Source of the DNA: Massalongia carnosa | Taxonomy: Eukaryota | DNA length: 64,000 nucleotides | Assembly (NCBI GenBank): GCA_965645245.1 | Contig: OZ287073.1 | Span: 1,302,001-1,366,000 of the forward strand | Direction: 5' to 3' | Part shown: one piece after another, positions 1 through 12,148 of the stretch | Numbering within the stretch: the first letter of the stretch is position 1 | Layout: each line of letters begins with the position of its first letter | Notes under the pieces: model-generated | Told to the model about the DNA's origin: nothing | What the model saw: the letters and a program-made list of their open reading frames with translations, nothing else | Database searches by the model: none | Program-made: the position numbers and the translations under genes

Positions 1-602
1 TCACTCTCGCTGTAAAGGCGGCTACCTACGCCCCCCGATCTGAAAACACCCAATATTTTATTAGTGTGGAAAGATTTGGAAGTCGCAGGAGCAGAAGCTG
101 GGAATAAAACAATTTGCCTTACCTTAAGCCCAGAGGACAGCACCGACAGTGTCAGCTTTACGGCTACCTTCCACCCCTGTTGAAGTTTCAACAGTTTCTA
201 CTCGGAAAAATATCAAAGCGGGTGCCACCGACATCTTACACTTAATTCCAAGATTGTTACTCATTTGATAAATATTTCTTCCTAGTACACGTTGTCAATT
301 GTGTTATCTCCGACACTGCTATCGTCTGACCGGTTCTTATTGAGCACATCCAAGCAAGAAATTTCATACACTAGGACTAGGAATTGCAGGTCCGGCTGGA
401 ACCGGTCAAGGCTGGTTGGATCCGGTGGAGTTGTGGGTGGAGGTTGCACTACTTTCAGTTAATTGTGGGATAACTGAAGTAGTTGTTCTCAAAGTGTGTC
501 AAGCCATCGTTGATATTCTTTCAACAGCGCAAGGACACGGAGCACCATTAGGCTCGTTGAGCTGCATAGACATAATAAGGTATATCCAGTTTAAAGCGCA
601 AG

Positions 603-3600
603 ATGTCCTCAGCAACACAGAAAGCCTCGTGCGAAGTTTCACAAGGTGGAGCTGCATTTTCATACGCTCAAGCTGCCAAGGGTAGGTCACCGTCTATACC
701 ATCAACGTTGCCATCCGGCAAAGCACTTTTGGAACTGGCCGATACTGATGGGCGAAGAACTTCGGTTCCTGAATCGAAGAATGCACCTGCTGAAGCAGCT
801 AAAACTCATACAGAGGATCAAGCGGGCGTCAACCAGGAGGGACTTGATGCTAAGGCTCGTCCTGAGGCAAATCCAGCGCCAATAAACAGTTCAGAACAAG
901 ATACAAAACACGTTATTCCGGCTCACGCAAGCCCTAATGGACAGCCTACGGTTACTAATTCCACGCCATCATCGCCAAGTTTCGGTACCGCATCGACATC
1001 GACTCTTCCGAAGGAAGACGAAATACTCTCAGCTGCAAACGGTTCGTCTGACTCTACCTGGGATAAACAATCTCAAGGATCTCAGAATGGGTTGAAGACT
1101 AGCGAGAAGGCGGAAACCGGCAAGGAGCCGACTAACACACCCACATGGGATGAAGAGTCCGTGCCTACCATATCTTTGAAGGAAGCGCCCCCACCAGCTG
1201 TCAATGTTTGGCAACATCGAAGAGAGATGCAGAACGCCAAAGCTAAAACTATACAGTCTGCGGGCCTACACTCAATCAAGCCAGCTAGTCATGGAGGTGG
1301 TAATGTAAGCCCGAAAAATGTTGCCAAGAGCTACGATAACGCTTTAGACCTAAGGAAGCAAGATGCTAAAAAGAAAATTAAGATTAGCCAAGGAGCTTCT
1401 GAGGAGAAAGTAGTGTCTGGAGGTAGCAAAGAAGTAAATAAATTGGCCGAGGGTAAACCACGTGGCGGAGAAGACGGTAAGTTTCTTTATTCCTTAAACA
1501 GCATTCCTCTAACCCTAAATAAGTTCCTGAGAGGGGTACTCGACGAGCTTCTCGCACTATAGATGCGGAAAAATTTACGCCAGCGGTTGTGGCTCCACCT
1601 CCTCCCCCCGGAGATGCGGTTTCTTGGCCAACTCCAGACAGTGCTCAGGGCGAAGAGAAGAAGAAGGCTCAGGAGCGAGCTGAGAAGAGCGATAAGGAGA
1701 AGACGCCAACGGGGAAACCTCACGGAAAGGAGAAGTGGATGCCTGTACCTTATGTACCTTCGGCGATTTTCAACACACCTTTACCTCCGGCACGAAGAGG
1801 TGGCCGGCCAGCTCGTGGTGGACGCGATAGTGGCCCTCGAATTGGAAGTGCCACACACGGGAATGTTGGGGTTGAGAAGACTTCATTAGCTATTCCCGAT
1901 GGTTCGATGGGTCCTCCGGCAAATAGTAATGATCATGGTAGAGCCGAGTTAGGCTCAACAAAGAATAACTCCGTTTCCTCAAGACCGAAGAGAGCTGCAA
2001 GTGCTGGCCCTTCCAGTATGAGAGAGCAGCGGAAATATATGGATTCTAACACTACAGAAAAACCTAAAGAGGGAGCTACGGCTCCATCAAAGACAAACCA
2101 AAACTTTGGATCGGTAGTGAATGATTCTCGGAGAGCATCCGCGACTACACAAACAGACGATCCTAAAGAAAGACGTCCTTTTACTCTTGGTAACCAACAG
2201 GTCAATGATTCTGTAAATAATCTCGCCAAGGCTCCTCAGAACGCTCCCGAACGGGAAGATAGGAACCAAAATTCGCATCAAGAGGCTCAAGCAAACTCCC
2301 GGCCTACTGCTCCGGATCGCCGTAGCGAGGGGTTTCTTAAGCAATCAGAAAACAGCCGCGAATATCTCGGCCATATCACAAGTCGAGAACGTGGCGAAGG
2401 GCGAGGTCGCGGAAATCGTGGGAGAGGAGCAGGGAATCATGCTTTTGTTAACTCGAGCCATGCCAATGGGCAGAGTTTTTCTCACGGCCATCCCCCTTCT
2501 AGTCAAGTTCCAACGCCACATCAAGGTTCTAAATCACAATCAAATCACGAACGTCATGCCTCACAGTCGCAAGGTGTTCCATACAGTCAAACTCAATCAA
2601 ACTCAAGGAGTTACCGGTCTGGTTCCCGCTCACAGTCTATACCACATCCCGCATCCTATGGAAGATTTCCTAATGGAATAAATGGACCTTCACCAGGTCC
2701 TCCACATCTCTCTAATCTACAAACAGATCTAGCAAACTCGTACGGCTACCAGCCAGGGCAACAAGGTATCATGAGTGCGATGCCCTATAATGCATTCATG
2801 GAGCAGATATCGTTGTTCGGCATGGTCTCAATGCAGATGTAGGTTACGTTCTGACATACCATAAAACCACTAATCAATGGTAGGGAGTACTATTTTTCCG
2901 TCGACAATCTTTGTAAAGATATGTTTCTTCGAAGACATATGGACTCGCAGGGGTTTGTCTTCCTGAGTGTTTTGGCAAAGTTCAATCGTATCAAACAGCT
3001 TACGCAAGAGGTGGAATTAATTCGATATGTCTGTCTCAACTCACCCAATATCGAGTTCCGGCTGGGAACTGATGGGGTCGATCGGCTACGCAAACGAGAA
3101 GGTTGGCAGCAATGGGTTTTGAACAAAGAGGACAGAGACCCTTCTGCGCAGAATGATGGACCGATCCAAGCCCAGCAACCTCGTGCTCCGCAGCCTCAAA
3201 TGTATGAGGTTCCACAGAGTATAGATGATCCTTCCGTAATCTCGACCCATTTCATCCCTACAAACCATGGTATCGGACAGAGCTTATATCCGTTAGCTAA
3301 TGGACTCCCTACGCCGCTTGTAGCTACCGCCGCTGCTCCAACGATCAATGGAAATATTAGTGATGGTCCATTTGCGCAGACGTCACTTTCTGCTGCTGTG
3401 CCAGACTTTGCTCCTGCAGTGCCTGCAGTGCCGCCAGTACCCAGTCAAGATTTCATACCTATGGATCCTATTGTGACCTCAACCAGCTCGTTCACAGACG
3501 AACAAGTTGAAAGCCTTATGATTGTTGTTCGAAAACCCGTCAATGCTTCAGCATCATCACCTCCTCCCTTCCCTTCTGCATCATCTCGTACCTTTTCCAA

Positions 3601-4331
3601 TGGCTCCATCGATAGCCGAACCATTAATGACGAGCTCTCCAAAAACCCAGAGAGCCAGCCAGGCCCTGCTAGCACAGAGGAGGCCGGTTCTGATACGTAA
3701 GTAGTTCCTGAGAGCATCTCTACGCTTGGAAGTGATAGAGGAGAACTAATCCTTGAACAGCAGTGATGGAAACAAGTCTGAAAGGTCTCGAACCTCTTTT
3801 CTCCGGAGATCATCCCCACGAAAGGTGGCCAACAATGCTTCACCGGTGTTTTGGGTTAAGGATAAGGAAACACCAATCGATTCTCTCCCAAACGATCTTA
3901 CCCACGAATCATACAACGTATTCCGCCGAAATGCTTTGCAACAACGCGAACTTTCGACCACTGGCAACTGCCATCGCGATATGGACATTCTCTATCAATT
4001 CTGGTCTCACTTTCTCATTCGCAACTTCAACACGCGGATGTACGAGGAATTCCGGCAGATAGCCTTTGAAGACGTAGCAAAGCAAGGGTCAACCGTTGGC
4101 ATCAAGAACTTGATTCAATATTACGATGAGTCGATTTTGAGCCAAAAGGTCATTTCAGATGACATTGCTCGCGATTTTGTGGACCTAGTGAAGAAGGAAA
4201 GCTCAAGTACTGAAAGACCAGCTTTTGATAAACTCCGCGCTGCTTGGAGAAACGGTGCCTTCAACATGAAGAATCGCAAGAAGATTGACAACATTATCGA
4301 TGTGGAGTTAAAAGCAGAGCTTGAACGCTGA
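603..4331 (+). CDS. La-related RNA-binding protein, LARP1/Slf1-Sro9 type (La motif + PAM2-like + DM15); exons 603-1476, 1524-2838, 2884-3696, 3761-4331
   Basis: Four ORFs join through GT-AG introns with CTAAC/CTAAT branch sites. Splicing restores the La motif ([27 protein letters not shown]). There is an RGG-rich region and a C-terminal DM15-like segment (MDILYQFWSHFLIRNFNTRMYEEFRQIAFED). Confidence 0.9.
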
Positions 4332-5322
4332 ATAAAACAATGCCAAAAGATATGCTACATGAAGGTGCCTGGCTTATCCTTAAAGAAGAAATACCTCTCC
4401 ATCAATTGTAGAGTGTCAGAGCAATATATAGACTTAGAAATCATAGTCTTCCCAGACCCCAGAACATCATCCCACGGAATGGTCATCGGCCTAGACAGCC
4501 AAAACGGCGTTGGCGTGGGTTACTCTGACAGCATATGGCGAGGCTTCTGGGGTGGGTGAACTCATTGGCTTTTAAAAGTAGCATGCTATCAAGGGATTGA
4601 TAGCCACATACGAAAACATTTTGTTCTGTTTGCTGGAAAATCTTTCAGCAAACGCTTCTTCCCTAGAAGACCGAGGTGGCTGATGGGTTGCAAAATCACA
4701 AGTTTTCTCTTTCATTTGTACGAAGCGTGTGCACGTTCGAGGACGTTGGTGGACCGATGAAAAATGGAAGGGAGAATCTTATGTTGCAGACGGAAGACAA
4801 AGACGTTCCGCTCAGCTTCCTTTTCTGAACCGCCCATGCGCGTCACTTCAATCGGATATTGTTAAAAGTGAAACCAAAGGAGGCACTTTTACCAGGAGGG
4901 AAAAGTTGCCGTGAGCTACGGAGGAAATTTCTTGGCGAAACTAGAGGTTTCGCGCTCTTTTGTCCCATAAGTTGGAATGTTGTTTGCTTGATGCTAGTTT
5001 GTGTTTAGATATTCTATTTTCCAGACAAGGTGCACAGCAATAACGTGAAAAAAATCCCATGGGTAGCGTTTTTAATGAAAAGTGCCTGGGACCAGAATAT
5101 GTATGGGGATGGGGGTTGCTAAGATCGATCGATATGCACCAATGCGAGAAAGTCCCTGGCGCGAGACTAGAGGGCGGGACTAGAGGGCGAGAAAGAAGAG
5201 GAGCCTTGTTGATGCATGCATGGTTCAAGACATTTACTCGACTTGTGTAGATACATATCCCCTTCCCTTTCCTCCCTTCTCCAGTCCTTGAACACAATCT
5301 CCGAGCCACCTACTCACTCTCT

Positions 5323-5400
5323 CAGCCAAGCAGCCAAGCAGCCAACCCTCATCCATCCATCCATCCATCCATCCTAACCCATCCTAACCCATCCCCATCA
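5323..5400. repeat. Simple-repeat cluster: AGCCAAGC, (CATC)n and CCTAACCCAT x2
   Basis: Tandem repeats read directly in the convergent intergenic region. Confidence 0.75.
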
Positions 5401-5928
5401 ATACCCATCAGCCCATTTATCAACTTATCAGCTCATCAAAACCTACAAGTCGCCAAAAAAAAAAAAACATACAAGATGATTCAGGGGCGCAGGGAAAAGG
5501 AACGGGGGAAAGGGGCTAGCGGAAATAGGATGGAGATACTGACTGACTCTGAGATGGGCTGATGGGTAGATAGATGTATGGAAGGAAGGAATGAAGAATG
5601 GATGGTCGAACGCGAAGAAGTGGTAGGTGCAATATGGGTTGGTTATGATATAGGTAGTGTGGGTTTTGACCAGGTAAGCTGCAATGTTTCATTCATTTAT
5701 CCTATGGAAATACGAAGAAAATGAAAAACAACACCGATTTCCCACGTAAAGAACGCCTGATAGGTAAGGCAACCCAGTAATCTGAACGTAACATAAGTAT
5801 TCACCTTGTCTTGAATGACCGCTTCTCGATGGGGGTAAACAGCCATCGAGATCGAGTCACCTTTCCCCGCCAAAGGAGAACACCCTCCATTTCCTCCTCT
5901 TCCCCCCCAACTAAGAAAAATGCCCAAA

Positions 5929-7409
5929 TCACCTTCTCGCACTCTCATCGCACTCCCTCAAAAACCGCAAAATCCCCTCCATGCCCTCGTACCCCTCGAT
6001 CCCACCACCGCTTGCTCGAGTCCCGTCTGCGTCCACTCTCCCTGTGACGTAGGGGTCGTGCTCGGCGAAATCGCTGTCGCAAAGACTTTCGTAGCCAGAG
6101 AGGGAGTTGTCGGGGTCATGGTGAGAAAGGCTTTTATTGTCGGCGAGAAATGCGCGGCCATCGTCGTCATCATCCGACGTGAATTCAAGGGCAGAAACGG
6201 TGGGTCTAGATGGAGACATCATTGGACGCCAATCGAGCTGCTCTGGAGCTGGTGCGGTTGATAACCTTGGTGCGAAAAAACCATTTGATTCATCGTCGCC
6301 GTTCCCGCTCGCTTCTAAGTTGCTAGATGCCAACGGAAATAGTAAAGCCATCTCAACGTCGTGATCGCGATCCCAGGCCTCATCTTCGCGAATGACGCCA
6401 CGCTGGATGCCAAGTTCGTCGCAGAGACGGGAGACAGTGTGGGCGTCACAACCGGGGAAGCGGCAGGTCAGGACGGGGACAGCGGTGAGGGTTGCAGGGG
6501 AGAGGCTGATGGGAAGGTTGCCGAGGGTGGAGAGGCGGTTAAGGTCTGCAACAATAGCGGAAAAATCTTTGAGTGCTCTGGCAAAGTCAATGGAGAGGTT
6601 GGAAAGGAGATCGGGGGAGTTGAGATGGAAATCAAAGTCAGTTATTGACGATCTCGCAGAAGACTTCGTAGCAAAAGCGGTGATGATGGGGCTCAGTTGG
6701 AATTCCAGGCTGGTTCCTTTCACCGGGGCCTTGAATGGTTTATCAAGTTTCTGAAGAACCTCATCTTCGGTTTTTGAGATGACTTTGAATCGCTTCTCTC
6801 CGGTTTTGCCATCCAGCCCATCAAATCTAGCTTTTCCACCACCCACAAGAAAGGCTCGGATACCCGCACTGACGTTCTGCACCACTTGGGCTTGGGCACC
6901 GGGAGTATGGCTGAAATGCCGTGCGCTTCTACCCGCAATTCCGCCGCCACCAAGGCAATACCCACCAGCCGAGCGGGGTAAAGCACCACCCGTAAGGTTA
7001 GGGCGAAGGGTGGAGGCAAAAGGTACGACACCGCGATTTGCAATGGTTTTGCTAATTTTGGAAACCGGGAATGAAGAGCGATCGTATCGTCCGCGAACAT
7101 TGAAAGTAGACTTCGACGAGAGGTTGCGGATAGTTGTCGAGAACCAACGGTGCTGCAAGCGAGATTGTTTGAGCAAGGCTAAAGGGTGTATTGGGTGATT
7201 GTTTGAGTGGATACGGACGGGCTGAAGGACAGCATTGGCGGTGGTGGTGCCTGATGCGGTCGATTGTGGGAGTTTGGAACGGATGAGGGCAGTGGTTTGG
7301 GAGATTGCAAGCCTTAGGAGTGATGATTAGCGTTTAGTACAATACTGAGAATCACCGGTCTATACTTGACAATCCTAATGGCCTTTGGGAGGCCACTTGA
7401 GGGCGCCAT
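5929..7409 (-). CDS. Conserved filamentous-fungal protein, probably stationary phase protein 5 (SPG5)-like; exons 7409-7366 and 7312-5929
   Basis: The 415-aa ORF extends to the ATG at 7409 through intron 7365-7313 (GTATAG...CTAAT...AAG). It has recognisable family blocks (STLRPNLTGGALPRSAGGY, RHFSHTPGAQAQVVQNVS, RFPGCDA). The family name is from recall only. Confidence 0.6.
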
Positions 7410-9834
7410 TATGGCGAGCGTTCCTTACACCGAAGAGGGTTGATTGAGGGTTGATTGAGGATGGGTACTTGGGGATGAGGCGCTGAAGAGGCTTGAAGTG
7501 GCAAATGACGCTACTTAAGCGATTATTACTTAATCTAGCTAGCTAGTTCGGATAACTTAACATATGCGAAGTCCTCAATCACGTGACTGATACTTTCTTC
7601 AAGTCCAGACATTCAACCAAACTTCTCAAACAGCACAATCACTGTCCATCCGATACAACTTTAGTCCAATCATAAAAACCACACGCAACTCATCCATCCA
7701 ACCCCAGAGAGATATATACATGGTGATGGTAGACTTTTTTCAAATCCTCACCCGTAGGGAAAGAAACCAATCTATTCGCTCCTTGCATACCTTGCGTTTT
7801 GGCATCAATTCGGAATTGAATCTTTGTTTTACCGTCGATGCGATACTCAAGTACCTGACTCCCCTACTGCCAGAGTGACTAGAATGAGAGAAATGAGAAA
7901 AAGGGTTGTTACAAAGTACCTAATCTAAATTTTCCATTTTTCATCATAATAATCTAGTGGGACCTATCTTCACGTTGAACACGTGCATTCCTCTTCTCGC
8001 AGCTGCCACCGTTGTCACGGCAGCAGGTTTCTTTTCTTTCCTTCTTTTACCACCTCCATCCGCTCGTTTTTTGTCTGAACGAACGTCCTTATCATCGGGA
8101 TGTTCCCATCTACAACGAACCCGCCCATTCTGAATCTTATTGCAATGGGAATATGTTTGTTGTGCAGTTTAGATGCAGCTGGTGGTTCGAAATGCAGCTT
8201 TGCAAAGCAAGCTGGGGATGCTTTACACTAAAAAGAAGAACGTGAGAGAGGAAGGGTGTATCGTGATAAATAATTGCAATAAACGCGTCTCCATCTCTAT
8301 TTATTTTAATAATACATTCACCCTCCCAGTTATCAAGACCCAAATCCACTCATCAACGGCACTCTCTATCCATGCTATCCTGTCGAGCAATCACGCCTTC
8401 AGGGCTACGCAGGTTTCGAGTGCAAACTTGAATTTGAAACACCGGTTTATCTCCGCCGTATTCTAACTTGAGTGAGGGCCATATAGAGCGAGAGCGAGAG
8501 ATGAAATGTGTCGCAGAGATTGAGACTCCCCGGGGGTTAGGAAATGTTGTCGTTATGTCGTCCCTCCAACGGGACCTGATTTGATTTTCTTTGCGTCCCA
8601 ATTCTGTCCGCGTCAACCCTTCTGATATTCCTTTCTTTATCTGTCCAGACTTGTTCAGTTAGTTCGTTGTTCTTGGTAAGTTTGGGTCTCGAGACTGCAG
8701 ATTGGAAGAAGCGCAACTTCGATTTCGACTGCCTGGACGCTCGTATTAATGCGGAATTGTGGCTGGGAGTGACAATCGAATTTAACAGTTAGAAAAGTTC
8801 GAGGATACAGCTAGGCAAGTTTGCGTATTTCAAGGTTCACAGCTGAGATGCAAGCTGAATGATTCGACGATAGCTATGAGAGGGAACTCTATTAGTTGAT
8901 GGAGCATGATAGAGCGCAAGGGTAGGGGCTTGATCAGCGAGCGAAACCGCAAAGCGGGCTGAAACCACGGCCTGAGAGACTGGAAACACCTTTTACGATC
9001 GATGATGCAATATCTTCCGCACCTCTCAAAGCAACAAGCTTTTCTCGGCTTCAGGGGGGGTTTTCATCAGGTTTGGGAAATGGCAAACGACACAATCCCG
9101 ATCGGCCTGGTAAGCCTATAGGTGGTTTCGATATATTACCACACAACCAAAGCTTTTGATGTCGTCAAACTTTGGAAATAAGGTGGGAGATCAAGGAGGA
9201 AACTAGCTTTTACCGAACCTTCTGAGGTAGGCATGAGACGTCCTTCCCTGCTTCGCATCCGGGATGGCCGCCTTTGACAATGCTGCCAGGAAGCCTAGTT
9301 GTGCACGGGTACAGACAGAGTAAGGTCAACCAGGAAGCCAAATCTCGAAAGCGCGGGCGGAGGCTTGATCGCAGCGCTGTGATCTTGATGCACGATATTA
9401 CACCCGACTCAAATCTTTTCATATCCGTGTTAATCTGTAACTTACTCTATACCTCTGCAGAAAGATTTAAGTTGGCAGCCAGGTATTTGCAACCCTTGTT
9501 ACGAGCAAGATCCGAGCGCATTGGCTTGCGTGTCATCCTTGCGTAGTAATACGAGGTTCGATAGCATAAAGAAAGCCATCAGGCTGCAAGAAAATAATTG
9601 ATGGCCCATCGAAGCCACCATTGTAGGCGTGTAGGGTGCACGATGCCTGCTGCGCATCATGATCACAGCCATTCTGGGTGAAGATCGCCCACCTACGACC
9701 ATCATCACCGTCGTTGAGTGGTATAATCTCATCATGTGTATAATTTTATCCATATGTTTGTAATCAAGAATGATATTGGCATAGATACACGGAGAAGATC
9801 GTCTGGATGATCATTGCCAAAGCCTCAACGGAAC

Positions 9835-11042
9835 TTACTCAGTCATCCACGCCGAAATCCTGTTCGTTCCAAACCTTGCGGCAAACCGTAAACCCGTGCC
9901 CCCCATAGGAAAATAACTTACCAGATACCAAGCTAGCGACGCTAATTGTAAGATGGAGGAAAGAAGCGTCAGGAAAGTGCTATGAAGCTATCATGTGAGT
10001 CCTATGGTCAGCAGGCCTTCGTCCAAATAAACGACGCATAGGAGGGTACAGAGCTTGGAGGAAAGGGCAAGGATTGCAGAAGCAGATGGAGAACTCACCT
10101 TGATTGCGAAGAATAATGTTAGCCCAATAGAGCCAAAGTACGCCGCGGTAAAGGGAAGTCGGGGTGCAGAGAGGAGATGCAGAGCGTATTGTACGGGGCC
10201 CATCAAGACCGCCCAGGAGGCTAAGAACAACATCGAACCCATGGACCATCTATGAAAAGCATGGGGGAGTTAGCTTTGAGGATTGGTGGTTGACAAGACC
10301 AAAGGACTGCACGGCGGTAGAAGTTTGAAACCAGGATGCAGGCAGTCGAGACATTGGCTCCATCGTCTGTGATTACCCGGTGTCAAGCCTCATCACGCGC
10401 CCTCCAATTATTACTGCTTGTGCATGGGTAGGGAGAAAACAAAGTGTGGCACAGATTACGCGTGTTCCCGAAACGGTTCACTTATCAGGTAGAACAGGTA
10501 ATGTCAAGCAGGGTATACGAACAGTATAGCAAACTTTCGAGGCTTAAGCGGCAAGACCGGGAGGAGGGCGAAACAGATAACGAAGCAGACCAAGGCTGCG
10601 ACGTTACACGCACCAAAAACGAGCAATCGATCCCATCGACTGACTATTGTACGAGCAAATGTTAGCATAGATATTTGCTGGAAAAGTGTAAAGCTGATCG
10701 AAAAGCAAGAGAGGGAGGTGCATGATCGCCTGCGTGTGACAACAACGGCGGTGCAGGAACTTTCGTCTTATCACAAGCGCTTATCTTGTGGTTTGAAGCA
10801 CTTTATCCATCATACTCACGTGCAAAGAAGCCTTCCTCTTCCTCTCGCCGAGTTGGAGCAGGCAACTGAGCTCCTGGAGCTTCATGCGTAGGGAGTCGAA
10901 CATAACCCGCGTCGCCGAACGGATTCAGCGATTGTAGTTTGGACAGGATTGGAATCTGTGACGAGGTGTTGACCGGAGTGTCTTGGTCTCTTCGCGACCA
11001 GCCCATTGCATTCATCGACTCTCGAAACGAGGTTGACGCCAT
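9835..11042 (-). CDS. SFT2: Golgi/vesicle transport membrane protein Sft2; exons 11042-10820, 10643-10523, 10249-10099, 9987-9835
   Basis: The spliced product contains Got1/Sft2 motifs: EEEGFFALSRWDRLLVFG, KPRKFAILWSMGS, MGPVQYALHL, RLPFTAAYFGS, WYLVSYFPMG. Confidence 0.9.
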
Positions 11043-12111
11043 ATCGACCGATATGGTCGGCAACAGGCCCCTGCCGAGGTTCCCTGCAGATTGTATGCAC
11101 CAGGATGTCTTTGAAACTTAATTCTCCGTTGAACAAAGGTCGATAGTTGCGGACGCGAGTGCAGATGAACCAACGTCCAGCCGGATGATAGGCTAAGCTT
11201 GCGAACTGCACGACGCAGATGTAACGCGCGGCGGCAACGGAAGATTGTGTGCAGATGATCTTCTTGTGGGGTAAGGCGAGTTGAAGATATCAAAAAGGCA
11301 GGAAGGCGCAGCGAAAGCCAATGATAGGAGAGGGTGTCGAGGATAGAAAACCCAAAATGTCTAGATAGGCATTAGATCGACATTCATTCATTATGCAGGG
11401 CGTGTGACAGGACGACCTGATCTTCTGAGTCGGTAGTGGGGTGGGCAACAGTGCAAAGAATCAGGAATTAGGGAATCATGAGTTTGGGGAGGGGAGGGGT
11501 CATTTTTGGAGATACCTCTTCGGGCTGGGGCTAAGATGAGACGACAGGAACTAATCGAGATGGAGAGGGTGTGTGGTAGTTAGGGCGTTATTGATTGGTT
11601 GCCGACAAAGGACTGGATTGGAGTCGAATTACGTCGAAGCTTCTTTTGATAACCGAACAGCTTTGAGGCTACCGCACAGAGGATCGCTCAAGCAGTATGC
11701 AGCTACTTATAATTTGGTTCTGTTTTGGCAGTTCGCGAGGAGTCGTAGCGAACGCGATAATATTTGGTGCAACTGGCTGATGGATTTGGGAGGTAGGACT
11801 GGGGACGACGAGTCCGACGAGTCTGACGAGTCTGACGACGCCCCTTTTGCACGGCAGGGATGTTTCACGACGCCTTTTTAGGAACTAACCACATTCAGCC
11901 TAGACTTACCTATTCTCCGCATCCGCACCTCTCACCGCCACACTACCTGACTAAGGCAGGCCACCCACGCCATCCTCATTCCTCCATCGAAACCCCCATT
12001 AAAACATAATGTTACATGGCTAGAAATGGTGGGCTGCTCATCTTGGTACGGGATGGGACTGGATATGGAGCACTCTGGACTGCGTCGGGATTGGATCATC
12101 GTAACGGATCT

Positions 12112-12148
12112 GTGGATGCGTGGATGCGTGGATGCGTGGATGCGTGGA
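12112..12148. repeat. (GTGGATGC)n tandem repeat, about 4.5 copies
   Basis: Read directly. Confidence 0.85.

Noticed and set aside
8..25. GCTGTAAAGGC, similar to the 5' end of fungal SRP RNA
   Set aside because: No helix-8 motif or Pol III terminator at the expected distance.
1509..1518. CTAACCCTAA, resembling a telomere repeat or telomerase RNA template
   Set aside because: It is the branch site of a 47-nt intron inside a coding gene; similar words at 5373 and 55707 are a simple repeat and another branch site.
6779..7198. Antisense ORFs over real genes (also 27580-27918, 31912-32451, 50995-51573, 55922-56575)
   Set aside because: Shadow frames of well-supported genes with no recognisable motifs.
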